Part shown: positions 11,069-24,181 of the stretch, in pieces | How positions within the stretch are numbered: position 1 is the first letter of the stretch | Layout of the letters: each line of letters opens with the position of its first letter | Source of the DNA: Octopus vulgaris | Taxonomy: Eukaryota | Assembly (NCBI GenBank): GCA_951406725.2 | Contig: OX597816.1 | Span: 4,774,001 to 4,838,000 of the forward strand | DNA length: 64,000 bases | Direction of reading: 5' to 3' | Notes under the pieces: model-generated | Told to the model about the DNA's origin: nothing | Database searches by the model: none | What the model saw: only the letters and a program-made list of their open reading frames with translations | Made by a program: the position numbers and the translations under genes

Positions 11069-11930
11069 TCATCATCATCATCATCGTCGTTTAACGTCTG
11101 CTTTCCATGCTGGCATGGGTTGGACGGTTTGACTGATGGCTGGCAAGCCAGAAGGCTGCACCAGGCTCCAATATGATCTGGCAAAGTTTTTGCAGCTGGA
11201 TGCCCCTCCTAATGCCAACCACTCCGAGAGTGTAATGGGTGCTTTTATATTCCACTGGCACAAGGGCCAGTCAGGCAGTACTGGCATTGGCCACACTCAA
11301 ATGGTACTTTTTGCAACTTGAGCAAACCAGCCAACAAATTTTCCATAATTTCACATACTCTGTCATGTATACACACTGACATTACACATCCAGCGGAGCA
11401 TACTGGCTTCATTCCTTGCAAGTGTATGCATGTCCTCTGCAATCATGGCCCATGTTTCACTGCCATGTAGCATGGCTGTTCACAGACATGCATCATACTG
11501 TCTACCTTTTACTCTGAGCAAGAAGCCCTTCATCATCACTGGAGGTAGGAGCTCTCTGAACTTTGCCCAGGCTACTCTTATTCTAGTAGCTACACTTTCA
11601 GAGCATCCACCCCCACTACTGACTTGGTCACCTAGGTAACGGAAGCTATCAACTACTTCTAGTTTTTCCCCCGGGAATGTGACAGAAGCTGATCTCTGCA
11701 CATTTTCAGTGTTTATTGCCCCTGAACATCTGCCGCATACAAAACTATCTTCCCAGTTAGACTTCCTTTGATATTGCAGCACCTCTTTTATGTGTATATA
11801 ACTTACACTGGGTACATCTTATGGAGTTTCTACCTACACCTTTTCTACAGATCGAGCAGAGCCATCTACCTGAAGGGATTTGTGGTTTGTCTGTCTTCCT
11901 ACTTATTAAGACTTTGGTTTTTGCTACATG
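11069..11930 (-). mobile_element. RTE-clade LINE fragment: RT C-terminal part with Cys/His finger insert, plus 3' tail
   Basis: KTKVLI...LEVVDSFRYLGDQVSSGGGCSESVATRIRVAWAKFREL...KGRQYDAC (RTE RT/thumb); tail ends gacgttaaacgacgatgatg. Confidence 0.85.
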
Positions 11931-12214
11931 TCGCCTTACTGGCACCTGTGCCGATGGAATGTGTAAAAAGATTTGAGTGAGGTCATTGGCCAGTACTGCC
12001 TGACTGGCCCCCATGCTGGTGGCATGTGAAAAGCACCCACTCCACTCTCAGAGTGGTTGGTGTTAGGAAGGGCATCCAGCTGTAGAAACTCTGCTAGATC
12101 AAGATTGGAGCCTGGTGCAGCCATCTGGTTCACCAGCCCTCAGTCAAAATCGTCCAACCCATGCTAGCATGGAAAGCGGACGTTAAACGATGATGATGAT
12201 AATGATGATGATGA
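11931..12214 (+). mobile_element. RTE 3' UTR/tail (family C), head-to-head with the preceding fragment
   Basis: aaaagcaccc...gttaggaagggcatccagctgtagaaac...ggacgttaaacgatgatg. Confidence 0.85.
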
Positions 12215-12664
12215 TATCTATATATGCACCTTCATATGCACCTCCAAGATGATGATGATGATGATGATGAGACTCTATTGAAATTGAGATTCTAAAGTAG
12301 CCAATTAAACATGCTAAAAATAAGTGCTTACTGAAACCTGTTTTGGAGACAGTGAATCAATAATCTGGTTTGCAATTCTCATAGTTATAACTTGACGACT
12401 TTGTATGGCTAATAAAGCTAAAGTCAACAAGCAGGCTTCAACTAAGCTCTCACCTCACACTCTCACCTCTTCTCTTTTATATACACATACCAAAACAACA
12501 TCTTACATCCTCTTTCCTCATTCATAATGAAGTGTATGAACTTTAAATGCTATCCTAAATATTGTTATATATCAAAAGTATACAGAACAAAGTTCTGTTC
12601 TCGTCAGTAAATTAAATTATGGTATAAAAATGGAAATGAAGTGTTCTTTTCAGCTCTCTCTTTC

Positions 12665-13180
<516 letters not shown>

Positions 13181-13724
13181 TATATATATATATATTTCCG
13201 TGAGAGTTAGAGGTTGGGAAGCCAACCAACTAAGGGATAGTATCTATCCAATGCACTGCTGGTAGTGTACCCAATTATTCATACCCAAGTGCTAGTTATT
13301 GCGTGGGAATCTTGCATTTGAGTGTTATATATGGGAGGGGGTAAAAAATGGCTTACCCTTGATTTATACAGCAAATAAGAAAATGGAGAGGATACAAAAT
13401 GGACAGACACCAGCCGGTAAACATTGTAGTATGTCTATCTATTCCAGTGTATTAGATGAATACATACACATTTATTAGTTGTACAGAAATGAGCAAATGT
13501 CAGTAGGTGCTAGTGTCTTACAGCCGTTTCTGTCAAGAGGCAGCAAAATACTCCAAAGATGGAGATAACCTGGAGGATTTCGTAATGTATGAATATGTGT
13601 GTATGTATGTGTTTTCTTATTTTTCAAATTCAGAAAGGCCATATTCTCTCTGATTAAGTCTCCAAGAAGAGAGGAAAACTCACCTGTAATTGTCCCACAT
13701 ACTTGCCAATGGAAAAAAATTATA

Positions 13725-14122
13725 CCATTCGAGCGTGATCGTTACCAGCATCGCCTTATTGGCACTCGAACCCCGTGCTAGTAGGGTATTAAGAACACCA
13801 TCCAAGCGTGATGACTGTCAGAGCGACTATCTGGCCTCCGTGCCGGTGGCACGTAAAAGGCACCATTCAAGTGTGATCATTACCAGTGTTGCCTTACTGG
13901 CACCTGTGCCGGTGGCATGTGTAAAAGATTCGAGCATGGTCATTGCCAGTAAAACCTGACTGGCCCCATGCCAGTGGCACGTAAAAGCACCCACTACACT
14001 CTTGGAGTGGTAAACATTAGGAAGGGCATCCAGCTGTAGAAACACTGCCAGATCAAGATTGGAACCTGCCCTCAGTCCAACCCATGCTAGCATGGAGAGC
14101 GGACGTTAAACGATGATGATGA
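13725..14122 (+). mobile_element. RTE 3' UTR/tail (family C) with internal subrepeats
   Basis: Family C sequence with repeated gccggtggcacgtaaaag units. Confidence 0.85.
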
Positions 14123-14374
14123 TTCCTCCCCAATTAAATGCCAATATTTGTCTTCCAGCAAATGTCAATGTGGATCGGGTATTTTCTGTTCTAATCATCA
14201 AATATTCTTCATAACTGTCTAATTATGAAGCAGGTGACATTCTAAATATAATCAGCCATTTAGCATTTAAACTAGCCATAGCAGGCCCAAATATTCTCCG
14301 TTTTATGTTCAAACTGGACAGATCTGACCTTTCAGACCTACCCTATAATGACACTATAACAATAGACCCTGCAA

Positions 14375-15013
14375 ATAAAGTAAGCTCACAGCTGTAATGT
14401 ACACCAGTGTCGCATTACCCAGCCCACTCAAAAAGTATCTTGGATTGTAGGATGACATACTGTGCGAGGGGAGACCTATTGTGTCATGTACATAAAAATC
14501 AAATGGAAATTGTAGTTGTGATTCCTGTGCCGGTGGTGCGTAAAGAACACCATCCGAATGTGGATGATGCCAGCACTGTCTTGACTGGCTTCCATGCCAG
14601 TGGCACATAAATAGCACCAACTGATTGTGATCACTGCCAGCCCCCACTGACCCCTGTGCCGGTGGCACATCAAAAGCATCCACTACACTCTCGGAGTGGC
14701 TGGCGTTAGGAAGAGCATCCAGCTGTAGAAACACTGCCAGATCATATTAGGGCCTGGTGCAGTCTCCTGGCTTCCCAGACCCCAGTCAAACCATCCAACC
14801 CATGCCAGCAGGGAAAGCGGACGTTAAACGATGATGATGAGGATGATGATGAATTACATCATCAATATCTGAAAGCTATGAGATAATGTATGCTGTAGAA
14901 ACCTTGCCAGATTAGATTGGAGCCTGGTGCAGCCTCCTGGCTTGCCAGTCCTCAGTCAAACCATCCAACCCATACCAGCAGGGAAAGCGGACGTTAAACG
15001 ACGATGATGATGA
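14375..15013 (+). mobile_element. Two RTE 3' tails (family C)
   Basis: Tails ending gcggacgttaaacg at ~14830 and ~15000. Confidence 0.85.
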
Positions 15014-15180
15014 TAAATGTGAATAAATAAGCACAACAGATTCTGAATACTAAACACTTAATCTGTCATGTAGGTTTATTACAAAAGAAATAAAACTGAC
15101 TAAAATAATAACTTTTATAGTTATTGTTATACTTTGACCATTTGTACTTCTTTCTCTCAAAGTTTTAAACTTATAATTAG

Positions 15181-15301
<121 letters not shown>

Positions 15302-15382
15302 TCCCGGGTTGATACGGGGTTAACCACAGTAAGTAAGGTACTCAATACATAGCAGAGTAAAATTAATTTATTATATAGAAGG

Positions 15383-15433
15383 AGCTTCTACAGGACTAGT
15401 ACTGTTTCATTCAAGAGAAATCTTCAGGAAGCT
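15383..15433 (-). ncRNA. Type I hammerhead ribozyme motif (near-intact)
   Basis: AGCUUC-CUGAAGA-UUUC UCUU GAAU-GAAA-CAG UACUAGUC CUG-UA-GAAGCU: 6-bp stem I, canonical core, stem II with a U.U first pair, stem III, GUA cleavage triplet. Confidence 0.8.
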
Positions 15434-15779
15434 ATTTAACAAGAATTGTATTAGCATTTATACATTTAGAGGAGTGGTGGTGGGGGACTTTTTGGGGGTA
15501 GGCATAGCGCAAAATATCATACTTGGGGGAGTGGTCAAGGTAATAAAAAAATAAAAAAATAAAAAATAAAAAATAAAAAAATAAAAAATAAAAAATAAAA
15601 AAATAAAAGGATAAAATAAAAGAATAAAAATAAAAAATATAAAAAATATAAAAAATATAAAAAATATAAAAAATATATATAAAAAAATATATAAAAATAT
15701 ATATATAAAATATATATATAAAATATATATATAAAAAAAGGGGGGATAGAGTTATAGGTAAATAAGGAGATTCTCACTT

Positions 15780-15837
15780 ATACCTATACACACATGTATA
15801 CGTATCTACACACACATACGCACATACACATATATCT

Positions 15838-15892
<55 letters not shown>

Positions 15893-16353
15893 CCTACACA
15901 TACACACATACATACATACAAATATACATATACATATATATATATATACAATCCAATACAGGCCCATTCCCTAATTTTAATTTTATTATCTTCATTTATT
16001 ACTTTTGTTATCTTTGATCGCTAGGGCTAAGAATCCTGGCAATAGCTGCTTGTCCGTTTGTCTGTCTACTAGAAGGCAAGTACTCATTCCCGCACGCACA
16101 CTCATTAGCACGTACATTCACCCATTCGTACACTCATACACATACACGTACGCATGCGTTATATTCATACATACAAACATCTACATACGTTCACGTATAT
16201 ACACATACGTACTCGTACCTACAGATTCGTGTCTACACTTTAGGAGGCTAGTCTATACATATACACCAATAAATATACATATATATATATATATATATAT
16301 ACCCGCATATACATACACACACACACATATATACTCCTACATACAGATACATA

Positions 16354-16411
<58 letters not shown>

Positions 16412-16595
16412 CATACACATACCTACACATACACACATACACATACACACACATACATACACATATATATACATACACAAACATATATACACACACATAT
16501 ATATACATACACACATACACACATACATACGTATACATACATACATACATCTATACATCCATACTTACATGCATTTATACGCATACACACACCCA

Positions 16596-16636
<41 letters not shown>

Positions 16637-16915
16637 TCACACATACATATACAAATCTACGCACACACATACATACATACACGTATACGCATACACGCAC
16701 ATACACATATACATGCGTACCCATACACGTGCACACACGCACGCGCATCCATATAAATGCACACACACACATATATATATACACGTGTGCAAGCATACAT
16801 ACATACTCATACGCGCACACATACTTACAAATACATATATGCACACACTTACACACATATATATACATACACATATACATGCATACATACATATATGCAT
16901 ACATACACACACGCA

Positions 16916-16981
<66 letters not shown>

Positions 16982-17625
16982 CATACATACACACACATAT
17001 ACATACATAGACATACATACACATACATACACATACACATACGTACACACACATATACACATATATATATATACATATATATATATATACACATACACGC
17101 ATACATATATACACATATACATACATATACATACACACACACATACATATATACATATACACTGATACACATACCCATACATACACATGCATATACTTAT
17201 ATTACTACATACTCACATATATAGACATATATACATATACACACATACATATATACATGTACATACACATACGCATGCATATATATATATATATACACAC
17301 ACATATATACACATACATATATATATACATATATATACATACGTACACACACACACACACATACATATACACATATACATGTATACATACGCAAAAAAGA
17401 TACGCATATATACACATACACACACACAGACAGACGCATATACATACATATATATATATATAAACTACATATCTATATAAATACAAACATAATTCACATA
17501 TACACACACATATATATATATACATTCATGCATATACATATACAAGTATACATACACAAACATACACACACACGCGCACACATACATATACACACACACA
17601 TATACAAATACATACATACACACAT

Positions 17626-17664
<39 letters not shown>

Positions 17665-18245
17665 CATACATGTACACATATACATATGTATATATATATC
17701 AACAAGGGAGGGTAAAGTTAATTAGTTATTAATCAATTTCATCAAGTGTTCAGTATGTAAAGGGACCATTATTATTTTGAGTAAACAATGTTAGAGGGAA
17801 AAAAATTCTCTAAGTAGTGGAAGAGGCTAAAAAACTTTATTGGCTGCTATTTCTAGAAAGTTTAGTATGTGGCAAAGTAATTTATTTTATTTTCCTAAGC
17901 CCTAATTATATAATATTTTATACATACATACACATACATAAGCACATACATTTACACATACATATGCATATACATATATACACATATACATACAAACACA
18001 TATACACATATACACACACACACACATACAAGCACATACATATATATATACATATATATACACATACATATACACATATATATATATATATATACATGCA
18101 AATATATATACATATATATTTTTTTTACATGCATACATACACACACACACACATAATACATGCGTATATTCCTACTGTACCCATGCATTTCTATACATAT
18201 ATACATACATACATACGATACACATATACAAGCGTGCACATATAA
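15780..18245. repeat. Degenerate (TA)/(CA)/(TACA) microsatellite field
   Basis: Read directly; source of many spurious YI/HT/CV ORFs. Confidence 0.95.
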
Positions 18246-18330
18246 TATGTGAAAGGTCTTAGGAGAAAAGGTAATCGGGGGTGCTAGGGGAACAGTGGGG
18301 TTGGGGGGGGGGGTTGTAGGGGGGTTGTCA

Positions 18331-18634
18331 TCAATCAGGTTGCCGGGTAGGTCTATAGTTCTTGTAGTTCGCGTACTTCTTATGCATACAGTTTGGGGAG
18401 TGTTCTGAAAATTTGTTAAGGAGAGGGCCTTTGGCGAACAAGATCTCTAGGCTCTCTGATATGCATAGGTCACAGCAGGTATGTCCTCCTGTGTACGAGC
18501 GCGCCTTCTGTAGTAGTTTCCACTTGGTCTTGAAGGGGATTGAGTTCCTTTTAAGGTACCAGATGTGGGCGGCGAGGGTAGTTTGGTTGGATTTATCCTG
18601 TCGCCGGAACGAGTGTGTATGTGCATACCAGCGG

Positions 18635-18636
<2 letters not shown>
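18331..18636 (-). pseudogene. Penelope-like element GIY-YIG endonuclease C-terminal half (open, no ATG)
   Basis: Manual translation TRWYAHTHSFRRQDKSNQTTLAAHIWYLKRNSIPFKTKWKLLQKARSYTGGHTCCDLCISESLEILFAKGPLLNKFSEHSPNCMHKKY...; matches the recalled PLE pattern R..H..SF...T.L..HIW.LK...W...CxLC..E...LLNK..E...CxH. Confidence 0.75.
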
Positions 18637-18683
<47 letters not shown>

Positions 18684-19609
18684 AAAAAAACCCACCAAAT
18701 CTCTCTGGAAATTTAATCTCATTTATAACGATAAAAATCAACAATAAAACATAGAACTGAATTAATCTTCAATCTCAGAACCAAACCTTTAAAATTTTCT
18801 ACAATTAACCGGTTCTTCTAAACAGTTGTAAGATTTATGAAGCAATAATTGAAACGTGGAAGTGCTTTGCGATTTTCACAAGTTTTCTGCATTGTCACTT
18901 AATAATTTGTGAAGTGCATCAGGTAATTAGTTTTAATTTACTTGCTTCAGGTTTAGACAAGCACCTAATTAGAATCTTTGTTTCAAAATGATGCATAGAC
19001 ACCTATAATTCCAAAATTCTAGTTACCTAAAATCTAACAGCATCGTTAATGAACGAAAATTGGCAACGTGCTCTGGTTTTAGTTCGTTCATTTGTTTTTC
19101 TTTCTCTTCTTAATTAGATGAAAATCTATCGCAGAATTTATAAAACAGGATTTGATTGAAGAATTGATAATTCTACCAGTTAGACATGATAGATTAAGAA
19201 AAAGACATTTGGAGGCTGGAATATGACCAGAATAGAAATAGTTCTTTTGTGTTTTTTTTTTTGGCATTAAATCTTTATCTTGCCAATCACAGATTTAAAA
19301 ATTGGGAAAAATTCCTTGGAGAGTTTTTTAAATGAGGAATATGAATGAGTTAATAAGAACCTATCCCAAGTGGAATAAAACAGAAAACCAACTACAAAAG
19401 CTAGCAGAATCATGTTAAATAATGGAATTAAAGACATATTTTTGGCAGCAGAGAAGAGTACAGTTCCCACAGAGATAGTTTCTGGAACATTCTGGAACAT
19501 TAGACTGTACCAAAATTATTACTTTAATTTATTCAATTCGTTAATTAGAAGATGTAGGTTTTGCTGCTACAAAGGAAAAGGTGAAATAATAAAGGCCATC
19601 TGATTATTT

Positions 19610-19650
<41 letters not shown>

Positions 19651-20369
19651 AAGAGAGAGAGAGACAGACAGACAGACAGAGAGAAAGTAAGAAAGTTGTA
19701 AGAAAGTGAATGCAGGTGAGTTTAGATATGATAGTTTTTACCTTTAATTAAAATGGAGAATTCATCAATATTATATTTTCACTGAGTCAACTACTTTATG
19801 TTTATTGATCTAGCGGAAGTCTTATGAAGAAAGTTAGTATAAAAAGGCATAGCAGGGAATTTGCAACATCATGCACACACACACACACACATTTTATGAC
19901 ACCATTTCGGTAGAGTGATACAAAAGACCAGTTGTGAAAATTAATCAACTTCATTAGCTTACAGCTGTTTCTGCATTAAGAAATAGTGTGCTCAGAGTTG
20001 AGTGCATGTGCAGCATCCTATTGATTGCTTGTAGTCATGAAAATGGAGTCTACACATCTTTCAGACAGTGCATATAATACATGCACATACACACACGTGC
20101 ACACAAACACACACACACACACACACACACTCATTCACACACACACGCATGTTTTATACAGCATCTTAAGAACTATAACTGATACTTAAGTTTTATGTTG
20201 CCTCTGTATTTTGAACTCCCAAAGATAGCAAAATGGTCTTTGATATATTCTAATATGTTTAAAAAGTGGTAAGTCTCATGAGACTCTATGTATTTTGTAA
20301 TTTTGGTGGAAAGGTCATAACAGTGTTTATATTACTCTGGGATGTAGCCAGTTCACTTTGCATACCTTT

Positions 20370-20797
20370 CCTTCTTTGGACACAAAACTCTGCTTGCGAA
20401 GACCTGTTGAGGCAAGTGAAATCGAAATCGATCAAAAAATCAATAGAAATTGTAGTTGTGATACCAGTGCCGGTGGCATGTAAAAGAACCATCTGAATGT
20501 GGCCATTGCCAGCACCACCTTGACTGGCCTCTGTGCTGGTGGCACGTAAAAAGTACCAACCGATTGTGGCCGCTGCCAGCCTCACCTGGCACCTGTGCCA
20601 GTGGCACGTAAAAAGCACCCACTACTCTCTCAGAGTGGTTGGTGTTAGGAAGGGCATCCAGCTGTAGAAACACTGCCAGATCAGACTGGAGCCTGGTGCA
20701 GCCTCTTGGCTTCCCAGACCCCGGTCGAACCGTCCAACCCAAGCTAGCATGGAAAACGGATGTTAAACGATAATGATGAGGATGATGATGATGATGA
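20370..20797 (+). mobile_element. RTE 3' UTR/tail (family C)
   Basis: Family C sequence with (GAT)n end. Confidence 0.85.
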
Positions 20798-21399
20798 AAT
20801 TCTGACAGATTATGGGCTTAACAGGATTTCCTTAAAAGTGCATGAAATCCTATCTGATGTGATTTTCTTCTTGGTATCAGTCTTATTTATCTTTTGAAAG
20901 AATGTAAACATGTGAATGAGTTTTGTGATAAAAGTGTGTAGATGTATATGAAGTGAAGTTTGTGATGGTCAATTTAAAAAGAAAATGCTTTCAAACTGAG
21001 AAATGTGCTTCGTATGAGATCTTGTATTTATAAACAGCATATGTAATGTGAGTGCCTGTATAAGTTATGTATACGAGTAAATATCAGGTTAAGTTCTAGC
21101 TTTATGCGAATGTATTTCCTACTGGTTATGTAAGAACTTATCAAAGTGTGTGCACTTATTAAAGAAATCCACTCTAGACTTTAGGTTGTTAACAAATTGG
21201 TATATCTTAGTTATACAGTTATGTAGTTATATAGCCTGCATATGGCCTGAAGTTTTGACTTGATGCTGTAATTCACATTGAGTTTCTGCTTTCAAATATG
21301 ACTGGCCTGTCTAGTAGGAATCAGCTTGACAATGTGCTTGAGGGACATGTTATGGTTCTCACTCCTTTTATTTATGTAACTGCAACTATGCTTATATAA

Positions 21400-21812
21400 T
21401 GCATCCACTCTGCTGGTTCAGTCATTGAGCTAATCGTATATGTATTTGCTTTAACAACACTTTATCAACCAGCTATGAGGAAGCATTACATAGGTATTAC
21501 TTTGAGTAGATTCAAAGAAAGAGTTTTTAACCATGAAACATCCTTCAGCTACACTGACAAGAACACGACCACAGCACTCACCAGACATGTTCGAGAATGG
21601 ATTAGGCTGTACATAAATTAATTATTAATTTCTTGAACGATGCAAGCCATATACTAATTGAACTTAGTAATACTAGTAATGTACAGTAGAGAAGACATGT
21701 ATATCAGGTAGATTTTAAATGCAAATTTCTTGTAAATTATCTATTAAGAATCGTTCTTTCCTGGTCACTAAACACCTGAATACATGCAGGATGTTATGAA
21801 AACAGCTATACA
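21400..21812 (+). mobile_element. Old Penelope-like relic: GIY-YIG motif plus decayed hammerhead
   Basis: In frame from 21421: LIVYVFALTTLYQPAMRKHYIGITLSRFKERVFNHETSF...TALTRHV; ctgaata-cat..atg-aaaa-cagcta-ta at 21776-21810. Confidence 0.65.
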
Positions 21813-22049
21813 TCAAATTCAGAATAAAGTGGTTTGGAAATGAATGGAATATTCTGGAAATGTTAAATTAGTCTCTCTCTCTCTCTCTCTCTAAATATAT
21901 ATGTATATATATATATATACAATTCATAAATAAGGGCAAACGAAAAAAATTCTAATGCCAAATATGCCGAAAAATTGGACATATTGCCCATTAACCATAT
22001 AATTTTTTCACAATACACACGTATATATATATATATATATATATATATT

Positions 22050-22241
22050 GTGCAGGTGGCACGTAAAAAGCACCCACTACACTCACGGAGTGGTTGGCTT
22101 TAGGAAGGGCATCCAGCTGTAGAAACATTGCCAGATTAGACTGGAGCCTGGTGCAGCCTTCTGGCTTCCCAGAACCCCGGTCGAACCATCCAACCCATGC
22201 TAGCATGGAGAACGGACGTTAAACGATGATGATGATGATGA
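22050..22241 (+). mobile_element. RTE 3' tail (family C)
   Basis: Family C sequence. Confidence 0.85.
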
Positions 22242-22258
22242 TATATATATATATTAAG

Positions 22259-23089
22259 AGTTATCGCCATACTAATATGGCATTCTTATAAAAATAAGAA
22301 AAAAGCTGTCTGCTTATTAGCTCCATGAGGCCATCGCCTTAAGTTAGCTATTCGATACACAAACTGTATCCATATAACCTTCGAACAAGGGAGGTCAGTC
22401 GCTCCACACTACTTGACCGACAGAGATAGTCAGAAGCGACACCTACTGGGTCTGACTACGCTACATTGACAAGGGGCAATACTCCGAAACGCATCTGTAG
22501 CTGTCGGTCAAGTAGTATGGAGCGACTGACCTCCCTTGTTCGAAGGTTATATGGATACAGTTTGTGTATCGAATAGCTAACTTAAGGCGATGGCCTCATG
22601 GAGCTAATAAGCGGACAGCTTTTTTCTTATTTTTATAAGAATGCCATATTAGTATGGCGATAACTATTAATTTCCAGGAACGCTGCCGTAATCTCTTTTA
22701 GAGAGACTTAGTAATTTTAATATTTCTATTATTGAAAACAAGTAGATGTATTCCACCGAAACTAGGTAAATAAAACCTTCGAACAGAGATAGTCAGAAGC
22801 GACACCTACTGGGTCTGACTACGCTACATTGACAAGGGGCAATACCCCGAAACGCATCTGTAGCTGTCGGTCAAGTAGTGTGGAGCGACTGACCTCCCTT
22901 GTTCGAAGGTTATATGGATACAGTTTGTGTATCGAATAGCTAACTTAAGGTGATGGCCTCATGGAGCTAATAAGCGGACAGCTTTTTTCTTATTTTTATA
23001 AGAATGCCATATTAGTATGGTGATAACTATTAATTTCCAGGAACGCTGCCGTAATCTCTTTTAGAGAGACTTAGTAATTTTAATATTTC

Positions 23090-23093
<4 letters not shown>
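22259..23093 (+). mobile_element. Fold-back plus tandem non-coding element (363-bp period) with hammerhead motifs; pseudo-LTR/retrozyme-like
   Basis: 165-bp inverted arms 22259-22423 / 22501-22665 (2 mismatches); direct repeat 22421-22730 ~ 22784-23093; hammerhead-like motifs at 22460-22501 and 22823-22864; TA-rich flanks. Confidence 0.75.
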
Positions 23094-23153
<60 letters not shown>

Positions 23154-23165
23154 ATGTGTGTGTGT

Positions 23166-23476
23166 GAAGGCACAATGGCCCAGTGGTTAGGGCAGTGGAC
23201 TCACACTTGTAGGATTGTGGTTTCGACCCCAGACTGGGCGTTGTGAGTCTTTATTGAGCGAAAACACTTAAAGCTCCACGAGGCTCCAGCAGCGGGGGGG
23301 TGGCGATCTCTGCTGTACTCTTTCACCACATGTTTCTCTCACTCTTTCCTCTGTTGGCCTGCTTGCTTAGCCAGCGGGGTGGCATCATTTGAAGGCTAAA
23401 ACAATGCGAAGCGCATTGTGATCAGCGATGTGTAGCAATATCTGATAGCCTGGTTGGTCACGGTGGTCAGGGTGAT
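23166..23476 (+). mobile_element. tRNA-derived SINE, family D
   Basis: ggcacaatggcccagtggttagggc...ggtttcga head; matches the 27673 copy. Confidence 0.8.
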
Positions 23477-23544
23477 ATATACATATACGTTTGTATGATA
23501 CTTTTCTGCATATTGAATAATGCAATTTTAATGTAAGATGGGGC

Positions 23545-23770
23545 CATGTAAAAAGCACCCAGTTCACTCTGTAAAGTGGTTGGTGCTAGGAAGGGCATCC
23601 GCCCATTGGAACCATGCCAACAAGAGACAGCTGGAGCCTGGTGCAGCTCTCCGGCTTCTCAGTTTCTGTTAAACTGTCTGACCCACCCCAGAATGGAAAA
23701 TGTATGTTAAATGATGATGATGTTGATGATGGCAATGATGATGATGACGATGATGATGGTGATGATGATA
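23545..23770 (+). mobile_element. Degenerate RTE 3' tail (family C)
   Basis: aaaagcaccc...aggaagggcatcc...gttaaatgatgatg. Confidence 0.7.
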
Positions 23771-23842
23771 GCCTTTTAACTGTAAAACTACAAAATTATT
23801 TTATTGGTATATTCTACTTATGATAAAAATCTTTTTATCAAA

Positions 23843-23889
<47 letters not shown>

Positions 23890-24181
23890 TATGTCTGCGT
23901 TTATTTGTGTGAGCTTATTTATCTCTGTGTTTTTTTATTCTTCATTTTTGGTTTTCTTTTGCTAATTTAATTGTTGTATTTCAATCATTCTCGATTTTTG
24001 CCATCAAAAGATTTTTTAATTGATTGTTGACCTCATGAGAAAAAAAAAAGAGAAGCTGATGGGTCCCTCTGATATATAATAAAACACTGGCCCAAGAAAA
24101 CAAGGCCCAAGGAAGCTAAAGTGAATCTAGCATTCTTGTGAGTCACTGCCACCATGTAAATGTTCTTCTCACTCCAATATA

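Noticed and set aside
13196-13720. Complete hammerhead around ttacagccgtttc (also ~19957)
   Set aside because: Only the GAAA/stem III half is visible; I could not find a matching CUGANGA with stem I.
16005-17165. 386-aa His/Thr/Tyr/Ile ORF and similar ORFs at 33.5, 39, 48.6 and 54.7 kb
   Set aside because: Stop-free frames of di- and tetranucleotide repeats.
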